The position numbers and the translations under genes are program-made. From a virus (Duplodnaviria; Caudoviricetes): 60,040 nt of DNA. Positions 1 to 9,000 of this stretch are shown one piece after another; the first letter of the stretch is position 1, and every line of letters begins with the position of its first letter. Under the pieces are notes generated by a model. It was not told the origin of the DNA, made no database searches, and saw nothing but the letters and a program-made list of their open reading frames with translations. Location: positions 1 to 60,040 of IMG/VR virus record IMGVR_UViG_3300044825_000703; one strand, 5' to 3'.

Positions 1-130
1 TGAAGAAGGATAGTCTCCGGGCCTGCTTGAGACGGCACAGGGCTTCTACTCTCGTGGCTATCAAGACGTATACGCCCCGTATCTTCAATCTCCGTATGCG
101 GGCGCTGGTCGCGTGGCTGGCTTGGAAACA
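1..130. repeat. Direct terminal repeat (circular assembly overlap), left copy
   Basis: Matches 59911-60040 with one mismatch (G13 vs T59923). Confidence 0.97.
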
Positions 131-1207
131 GGTCCGGGCACGGCTGGTGGCCAGTTCTATAGCGGGATCATGGGGCTGACGCAACCTGGTGCATTTGGCG
201 CGGCACAGGGGTTGTTGGGCCAAGCTGGACAGGGCTTGGCGGGCGCTCTAGGGACGCAGTCGCAAAACGTAGCTGCACCATCGCTGACTCAGTATCAGAT
301 GGCACCCACGCAAATGGTTTCGCCCCAGCAGTTGCAGCAGTTTCAGATGGCTGCACCGGCGACCTTTGGTGAAGCGCAAGCCCAGCAGTACATGTCTCCG
401 TACATGCAGAACGTTGTGGATGTCGCCAAGCGGAAGGCGATGGAAGATGCACAGCGGGGACAGCTTCAGGCCAATCTCGGTGCGGGTCGCAGGGGCTCGC
501 TAGGATCCTCTGGTCAGCTTCTGGCGACGACTGAACGCGAGCGCAACCTAGGCACTCAACTGGGTGATATTCAGGCTCGCGGCCTTCAAGAGGCATACAC
601 CAGTGCTCAGACTCAGTTTGAGCGTGATCGTGCAGCGCAAATGCTCGCGCAACAAAGGAACCTTGAAGCCCAGCTTGGTGTTCAACAGTTGGGCTCTGGC
701 CAGGCATTGACCGCGCAACAGGCAAACCAACAAGCGGCCCTTGAGGCGGCTCGTCAGAATTTGTCAGCAGCACTGGGTGTTCAACAGCTTGGCGCAAGCC
801 AGTCATTGAGTGCTCAACAGGCGAATCAACAGGCGGCGCTTGAGGCAGCTCGTCAACGGATGGCGGCCGCACAGGGCCTTGGCTCTCTTGCATCACAGGC
901 TGGTCAACTAGGCACTCTTCAGCAGGCGGCAGACATTGACCGTCTCAAGATGCTCGGTGCGTATAGTGAGCTTGAGCGGGGCTTAGAGCAGCAGCGTCGT
1001 GATCTTGGGTATCAGGACCTGATGCGACAGGTTCAGTTCCCGGAACAGCAATTGATGGGTATGTCGAGCTTGCTTCGAGGAGTTCCGATGGGTGATCGTA
1101 TCGGTACCACCACTCAGGCAACGCCGCCTCCCAGTTTCTTGAGTCAGTTGTCTGGCCTAGGCTTGACTGGCCTGAGTCTCTACAATCTTGCTAATCCCAA
1201 TCGCTAA
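113..1207 (+). CDS. C-terminal part of the same Q/A/G-rich putative ejection/DNA-pilot protein
   Basis: Low-complexity helical sequence with YMSPYMQNVVD motif and internal repeat AQQANQQAALEAARQ; lies between tail genes and the giant protein. Confidence 0.65.
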   Translation: MAGLETGPGTAGGQFYSGIMGLTQPGAFGAAQGLLGQAGQGLAGALGTQSQNVAAPSLTQYQMAPTQMVSPQQLQQFQMAAPATFGEAQAQQYMSPYMQNVVDVAKRKAMEDAQRGQLQANLGAGRRGSLGSSGQLLATTERERNLGTQLGDIQARGLQEAYTSAQTQFERDRAAQMLAQQRNLEAQLGVQQLGSGQALTAQQANQQAALEAARQNLSAALGVQQLGASQSLSAQQANQQAALEAARQRMAAAQGLGSLASQAGQLGTLQQAADIDRLKMLGAYSELERGLEQQRRDLGYQDLMRQVQFPEQQLMGMSSLLRGVPMGDRIGTTTQATPPPSFLSQLSGLGLTGLSLYNLANPNR

Positions 1208-1216
1208 GGAATCGCT

Positions 1217-3070
1217 ATGAGCATTCTTGACGCTCTGCGAGTTCAACAGGCCGAGAATAGCTCGGTGCGTGATCTAGCCATGCTTCCCCAAGCGCAGATC
1301 ATCAAGCTCGCTCAGATGGGCCAGATCCCGCCTGCGGTGGTTCCTATCATCATCAGTGAGAAAGCCCGCATGTCGCAACAAGCGGCACAGATGCAGGCTG
1401 CTCAATCGCCAGCACCTCCGACGGTTTTGGAACAGGCTATGGCACAGAATGCCCAAGCTGAAGTTCCATTGACAGGCGTGGCCGCAATCCCAACGCAGAT
1501 GTTCAATGAGCAGAACTACGCATCGGGTGGGATCGTGGCGTTTGATGATGGCGGAGAGGTTCGGACCGGCGTCAGGAAAATGCCTAGTCCAACATTTGAT
1601 AAAGAAGAACAAGAGTTGATGGCGGAGTACCTTAAAAAGATCGACGATGGTCGTTTAATGGCCGCATTATCCAAGCGCGAAGGGATGCCAACTGTTGCAC
1701 AGCTTTTAGCAGCCAAGGCTCTTGGGGACGGCGAGGTTTCGGTAGGTGCAACTGGTACGCCCAAAGAGTTGCAGGCCATTATGGCAGGCTACTCGCGGCC
1801 GTTTGCAGGAGGACAATTGGGCGTCAATGCAGCCATTCCGGCAAGAAGCCCGAAAACTCCACAGTTGGGCTTGTCGTATGCAAGGCGGTTTAACAACGGT
1901 GGGATCGTAGCGTTTAGCCAGGGCGGTTTGTACTCCTCTCCCGGCGAAGCAGACATCTATGCCCCGAGCGAATCAGAGTACGTTGCACCGGGTCCTGCTG
2001 TAGGAAGTCTTGATGCCTACATCCGTGAAGCCGCAGCTCGTCGTGCTGAGGCGAGGAAGCCATCAGAAGCCATGCTGGCTCTTGAGAGGTCTCTAACAGA
2101 ACCCGGTCGTTTCCGTGAGGCCAAAGATGAAGCCCGTAACTTGGCGCTGTTGCAGGCCGGTCTAGGCATCCTCGGTGGCACATCACCGTATGCCCTCCAG
2201 AACATCGGCCGTGGTGCTGCGGGGGCCGTGGAGTCATACGGTACCCAGATGCGCGACATCCGTGGACAAGAGCGTGAAGCCTTGCGTCAACGTGCTGCAC
2301 TGGATCTGAAGAAGCAGGAGGCAGCTCTGGCCGACATCGCATCGGGTGAAGCCCAGTATACGGCTGCACAGAAGGCGGCTTTGGAAGAGAAGAAGCTGGC
2401 TTCGAGAGAAGAGATCGAACGCCAACGTGCCGAGTCTGCCGAGCGTCTTACAGAGCTGCGGAATGAAGCGCTCCTGCGCTCTATGGGTGGTGGCCGTGAA
2501 ACGGATCGCCGTGGCTTTGTGAGCGACTATGTGCAAGGAATGCGAGCAACAGGCGACACCAGGCCAGAGGAGATCCTGCGGCTTGAAGGGCAAAAGGAGT
2601 TCAATAACCAACAAGCTCGTTTTGGATTGGCCGAAACACAACTCCAAGCAACAATCATCAATCAAGTTGATAATGAGATTTTGCAGCGTCAACGCGAAAT
2701 GACCAGAAGCGATAAAGAGGCTCTGCGAGAATGGAAAAAGAGAGATGAAAACAATACAGCGGCTGATTACTGGAGAGCAGAACGAGATCGCAGGGTGACT
2801 GAAAAGTTTGCAGAACTTGCAGCTCGAACTGGTGCTGCACCTGCCGCTCAACCTGCTGCGCCAAGAACCCAACGCCAACCATCGAGTCAACCACCAGACT
2901 TCTCAAAGCTGCCAGGTTTCCCGCCGGGTGTCACTGCTGGAAAGTTTGTGCCAGGCAAAGGATGGGAAGTGCTTCAAAACGGCAAGCTGATTGGTCACGC
3001 TGAAGAAAGCCAGCCGATTCTTCCCGCAGAATCCAGCATCTCATCGTTTGTCAGAGGTCGAAAGGATTGA
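1217..3070 (+). CDS. Putative internal virion/ejection protein, 617 aa
   Basis: Coiled-coil rich; repeated GGIVAF motifs; position in the virion operon. Confidence 0.6.
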   Translation: MSILDALRVQQAENSSVRDLAMLPQAQIIKLAQMGQIPPAVVPIIISEKARMSQQAAQMQAAQSPAPPTVLEQAMAQNAQAEVPLTGVAAIPTQMFNEQNYASGGIVAFDDGGEVRTGVRKMPSPTFDKEEQELMAEYLKKIDDGRLMAALSKREGMPTVAQLLAAKALGDGEVSVGATGTPKELQAIMAGYSRPFAGGQLGVNAAIPARSPKTPQLGLSYARRFNNGGIVAFSQGGLYSSPGEADIYAPSESEYVAPGPAVGSLDAYIREAAARRAEARKPSEAMLALERSLTEPGRFREAKDEARNLALLQAGLGILGGTSPYALQNIGRGAAGAVESYGTQMRDIRGQEREALRQRAALDLKKQEAALADIASGEAQYTAAQKAALEEKKLASREEIERQRAESAERLTELRNEALLRSMGGGRETDRRGFVSDYVQGMRATGDTRPEEILRLEGQKEFNNQQARFGLAETQLQATIINQVDNEILQRQREMTRSDKEALREWKKRDENNTAADYWRAERDRRVTEKFAELAARTGAAPAAQPAAPRTQRQPSSQPPDFSKLPGFPPGVTAGKFVPGKGWEVLQNGKLIGHAEESQPILPAESSISSFVRGRKD

Positions 3071-3073
3071 GTT

Positions 3074-6000
3074 ATGCGCTTCGTTCCGCTTGATGCTGCT
3101 GAACAGTCGGTCACTCAATTTCGCTTCGTTCCACTTGATCAACCGGCTCCGGCAAAGGAGCCGCAGGTAATTGACCGTGCGCCAGAAGAGTTCCCGCCTG
3201 GTATTGCCAGTTCTAGCCCTATGCGGCTACCGAGAGATTTCTCAATCCCGGTAGAGACGCCTCCGGTCGCTGGGCTTCAGCCCGTTCAAGAGACGGAACC
3301 CATTCTGCCTCCAGAGGCCAGCATTTCGTCGTTCGTCAAAGGACGAGAGCCTGAGCTTACCGAGTACACGCCAACCCTCATGCAGCGGATTGCAGAGTTG
3401 CTGCCGAGCAACAGAGCAAGGGCGCTGAACGAATACATTGCACGTCAGATTGCCCGTGAACGCGGCATTCCTATTGAACAGGTCTACACCGAAGCGGGCG
3501 GCGCTCGGCCGATCTTCAACCCTGAAGGACGACCTCCAGTCACTGCGGCTGTTGAGGCGGCTGAAGTTGTTGCCAAGGAGATCCCAGAGATCCCGGCTGG
3601 TGCAGCCACGGCGGCATTGCGAGCGTATCGTGCGGGCGAGATTCCGGTTGCCGATCAATCATGGGTTGACCGTGCGATCACCGCGATGAACCCTGAGCGG
3701 CAGGGCAAACCGGACCCGAACTATCAAGCCTTCCAAGGTCTCGGGCCGTCTATTGGATTCAGTCTAGCCAACTTGGTTGCATCCGTTGTCGCTGGGTCTG
3801 CGGCCACCACTGTGACCGGCGGCAATCCTGTTGCCGGTGTTGCGGCCGGAATGGCGGCATCAGGGACTGTTGCTTATCGAGCAAGCAAGGATGAGTTCCT
3901 TGAGCGGGTCAAGAAGAAGCTCGATAAAGAATCAACAAACTTGTATGGCAAGCCACTGGGCAAAGATGACTGGGAGGCCGCAAAGGAAGAGTTTGACTCT
4001 GCTGCAACGCAATACGGCCTTTGGGAAGCCATTCCTGAAGCGGTCAGCAATGCGATCTTCCTGAAGGCGTTTTCCGGTCCTGCCAAGGGGATGTCGCAGT
4101 CGATGCTTGCGTCTGTTGGACAGAAAGCGGGTGCTCTCGCTGCGGAACAGGCTACCGAGACCGTCACGGCGCTCGGCCAGAACGCAGCCGAACGCAAGGC
4201 CAAGCTCACCGAACAAGAGCTGTCTGTTGCTGATGCCTTCCGTCAACAGTTCGTGCAAACCTTGTTGACCAGCGGCGTCATGGCTGGTGGCATGAAAGGC
4301 AAAGAGCTTGCCACTGATTTCTACCGGACCTATGTGGAGCCTCGCGTAGATCCGGCATCCGCGCTGGGTCGGGCAATTCAGGCCGATATTGAAGCAGTCG
4401 CTTTCAGTCCAGAGGCAATTCAACGGGAAGCGGCGTTCTTGATGGCCACAGGTGCTCGGCCACAAGGCTTGGCAGAGCTTGCTCGTGCAGTTGCTATACC
4501 TCCTGCCACCCCAGAAGAGCCAGAAGCCCCCGAGGCTCCTGAAGCGCCTGTTGTACGGGCTGAACCCACGCTGCCTGAAGTTACCCCCGAAGCGCCGGGC
4601 CGAGCTGAACCAACGCTTGAAACCGAGCCTACGGTTGACGGCCAGGCTGAACCTACTCTCCCGGCCGAAGAAGAGCCTGTTGTTCTCCGTCCTACCCGAC
4701 GAGGACCGCCGGTTGAAGAAGTCATTGAGGACGTTCCAGCCATTCCCGGAATGCCGAGCATTGAAGAACCGTCCTATGTGTTCACGCCGATTGATGGAGG
4801 TGTAACGCCTGTTGCACCAACGGCTGAAACGCCGCCTGCTGAGCCTTTAGTCACCCCTACCTCCGCCGCAGCAGCGGTTCCCGTAGAGCCGACTGTTCCA
4901 ACCTTCGTAAAAGCCAAGGAAACAGAACCCGAGCCGCCGAACCTTGAAGCGCAGGGTCTTGCTACGGTTGAAGTCCCACTCAACCAGCTCTCGCTATCCA
5001 AAGATGTTCCGCAGTTCAAGCTCGGGGCGACGGCCAAAGGCGTTGTTGAGCCTTTGGGTGGCAAGTTTGAGCGGACTGGTGTTGCACCGATTCAGGTCTG
5101 GCGCAGGCTGGACGGATCGCTTGAGGTGATCTCTGGTCGGCATCGGTTTGACTTGGCCCAGCGTAGTGGTGAGAAGACCATCCCGGCCCAGATTCACGAT
5201 GAAGCCCAAGGGTTTACCCGTGATCACGCAGCGGTACTCGACGCTGAACTAAACATTCGAGACGGACAAGGAAAGGCAAAAGACTATGTCAACTACTTCA
5301 AAGCGAGTGGCATCGACCGCGAGACAGCCGAGTCAAGAGGACTACTGGCAAGGGCGACGGGCAAGCGGGCTTACACAATCGCAACTCAAGGCAGTGATGA
5401 GCTCCTTGCCGCCCTTCGTGCCGACGCAATCCCAGAAGAAGCCGCGTTCTACATCGCGCTGAACGCTCCGAACGACTCTCGGATTCAGGCGGTCGGCATC
5501 AATGCCATGAACAATGGCAAGACGATGAACATGGCAGTCAACACCATGCAGGCCGTCCAGGCACTTGCGGGTGAGCAGGGTGTGACTGTAGACATGTTTG
5601 GGCTTGACGACAGTGCGATCCGCGAAGCTGAAGCGATGGCGAAGATCGCCTCACGCAAACAGCGAGAACTCCAAACTCGGCTATCAGCGATTACCGGTGC
5701 CTCAAAGAATCCGGCTCTTGCCAAGGCAGAAGGCATCGACATCAAGGATCCCGAAGCAGTCAAGCGTCGCATTGAAGAACTAAGGCAACAGAAGGCTGCG
5801 TGGGAGAACTGGCAGACCAATTCCGATTTGATTGCCGAGGTGCGTGCTGAACGCGGCACACCACCCCCGGAGCTTCAGCTTACCGGCGAAACGGAAGCAG
5901 AGATCAGGGCTCGTGAAGAAGCGGAACAAGCCGGTGCCACCGAAGCCGAGAAGAAGCGCCAAGCTGATCTTGCTCGGGATATGTTCGCGCTCGAAGGTGA

Positions 6001-9000
6001 AGCAGCCCCGACTGAGGTGAAGCCGCCTGAGCAAGCGGGCATGTTTGAGGAAACCCCGGTTATTGAACCAGTCGCGGAGCAAGCAGTGGAAGCTCCGGCC
6101 CCAGAAGCCCCCGCTGTTGCGCCCGAGATCGAGAGACTACAAAAGACCTACGACGACGCAAAGGCGGCACTAGACGCACTCGGCCCAGAGCCTCCCAAGC
6201 CTCGTACCGAGCGTCAGTTCTTCGGCAAGAATGGCCGAGAAGGTGCGGATCCCGAGACCGTCCGTCGATACGACGAGGGAGTGAAGAAGTACAACTCGTG
6301 GAAGCGTAAGTACGGCAAGCTCAAGAAGGACGAGGTTGATGCGAGTAACGCCTTGTTCCGTGCAACACAACCCACGAAGGCACAGGTCAAAGAAGAAACC
6401 AAACTCGTTGAAGACACAACCAAGGCCGTCCTTGAAGCCAAGCTCAATGACTTCATGGTGGGCGACCAAGTAAGGTTTGGTAATACTCCCGGAGTCGTGA
6501 TTGGTCTTGAAGGCGACTACGTTCGCTTCCGTCCTGATGCAGCTCGCTCGCCCAAAGCGTATCAGCGAGTGCCCAAGACATCCCTCACGATGGTCGCTCG
6601 ACCCGATACAACCAGTGAGGTTTCGTATTCAAAAGGCCAGGACAGCAAGTTTGGAGAAGAAGCGGGTCAACTGAATGCCGATATGGGCGGCTTGATCCAG
6701 TTGCTTGGCGCAAACATGTATGCGTCCAACTTGGCCGACGTCACCGTCAAGGAGCTGCTGCAAAACGCCTTCGATGCGGTCAAAGGTGCTGTGTCTTCCA
6801 AAAAAGGACCAGCGCTGTACAAGACCGGATCTATTGAGATCAAAGTTGACTCCGGTACGAGAACGATCTCAATCAAAGACAACGCTCGTGGCATGACGCC
6901 AGAGATTGTCCGTGATGCGTTCTTTACTATCGCCGGGTCAGAGAAGTCTGATCTTGATCCTAGCGAGCGCAGCGGTGGTCTTGGTCTAGCCAAGATGGGC
7001 TTCATGCTTGGATCGGATCGGCTTCAGCTTGATACGGTTCGAGACGGAGTTCGTATCAAGGTTGATACAACGGCCAAAGACATTGCAAACAACAACTTCA
7101 AGATTGTTAAGTCGCCCGCTCCAAAGAAAGAACACGGCACTACAGTGACCGTTACGATTCCTGAAAACTACACCGATCCAAGGACCGGAGAAGCAAAACC
7201 GATCTGGTTTCCGTGGAGTGTTCGTAGCATTTCGCCTCTGACCAAACCGTTGATTGGCCCAGTGAAGGTTGACGTTGACATCAATGGTGACAAGCAAACC
7301 CTTCCGGTAGGGACCAACTTTCCAGAAGACAAATATCAATCCTTCAAAGCAAACTTTGATTGGGGTTCAGCCGACATATACTTTGGAATCGAACGTAAGT
7401 CAGATACTTGGCAGACAAACCATCAAGTTCTTTCAAGCGGCGTTTATCAGTTTGATCAAGAATTCACGCTGAACAAAGAAAAGATTCCATACGACATCAT
7501 TGTCAATGTAAAACCAAATGTCGATGCAAAACACCCCGACTATCCGTTTGAGAACAGTCGAGAGCGGTTTAAGGGTAGGCTGAAAAACGACATTGGTTCG
7601 TTGACCAATTATCTCGGCACGATTGCCCGTGGCTATGAGGCTGCTGGACTACAGGAGTCTTTCAAGGGAATCGTCTCCATGCCTCGTGTCGAGGCTGGCG
7701 CTGACATAGCAGGGATGGCGGATAAGCTCAAGAAGAGCTTTGGCACACAGGGCGCTCAAGCCCCGTCAGAACTCAAGCCGTTGCCTAAAGAAGTCACCAT
7801 CACGCCTACTGAGGTGCGAGATACCAGAACTCAACAGGTTTTGGTAGACACCCAAAAAGCAGCAGAAAAAGAGAAGGCGTCCACATTCAAGGGTGAAAAG
7901 GTCAAAGAGTCCAAGGACTTTATGATCGACCTGAAGCAAGATCCAAAACTACCAATCTTCCACAACAACACCAACGTAGACTTCGTTGAGGTTGGTAGGG
8001 ACTATGGCGACCCTGAGCAGTTCTTTGCTGAACTCGGGACGCTGATGGTTGAGATGAAAGAGGATCTTGCCAAGAGCGGCATCTACGGCTACGAGAAGCT
8101 GTCACCTGACAACCTGTTCTTTGCTGGCATCTCGATTGACAAGGACTACGGTGGCGTACACATCAAGGTTCCGTACAAGGCCGTCTTGATCAATCCGTTC
8201 TATGACTGGGGTGCAAGAACCCTGTTTGGCGTTCGAGGCAACATCTTGAACACGATGATCCATGAGATCGCCCATACGGGTTCGATGGATCACGGCGTGG
8301 CTCACAACGGCCAGATGATCAAGGTCGAGCAGTACCTGAACGACGAAGGCTTGATGGATTACTATCGTGACGCGATCCTGGATGTGCTGCGTCGCCACGA
8401 GTCAACATTCACTGCAATGAGGGATGCTTATGGACGATCTACAACAAAGAACACTGCAAAGTCTCTTGAGGATGTCCAGAAAGACGCCGCCGCAGCATCG
8501 GCTAGAGGAGATCGAGGCCGGGGTGCGGACGAGGCTGGGACTGTACCGGCAGGAGAAGGACAAGGAAGGGGCGAAGGTGTACGAGCAACTGCTGCCAGTC
8601 GTGCTGAAGGCGAAGTCGGCGGCCGACCTGGAGAAGCTGGTCGCGTAGAGCCTGCCGACCAAGCAGAGCGCGAGCGTGTTGACGAGCTCCTAGATGAGTT
8701 CAACCGTCCCAAGGTGACTGGCCGAGAGCTGGAGACGGTTAAGTCTAGGCTGATGCCCAGCACATCGTCTATCCGATCCACCTTCAAGGAGATGGTTGAT
8801 AACCCGTCCCAAGCGGTCAACATGATCTTCGGGCCGTTGAATCGAGGGATTGCTCAGGCTCGGAACTATCTGTTCTTCTCCGGGGCCGGACTGGAAGAAG
8901 CCGATGCCAAGCGGTATGCAAATCAGGTCAGGACCGCCAACGATGAGGCCACGGCTACTTTGGCCCTCGACAACATGCTCCACGGCAACGGTATTGCCGT

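Noticed and set aside
11-13. In-frame TAG in the junction-spanning gene (possible stop-codon recoding or pseudogene)
   Set aside because: The duplicate copy at 59921-59923 reads TAT, so this is most likely a contig-edge error; TAG serves as a normal stop elsewhere (e.g. 49433, 53530).
1-130. Terminal repeat as a biological DTR
   Set aside because: It falls mid-gene and has the size of an assembly overlap; it indicates circularity only.
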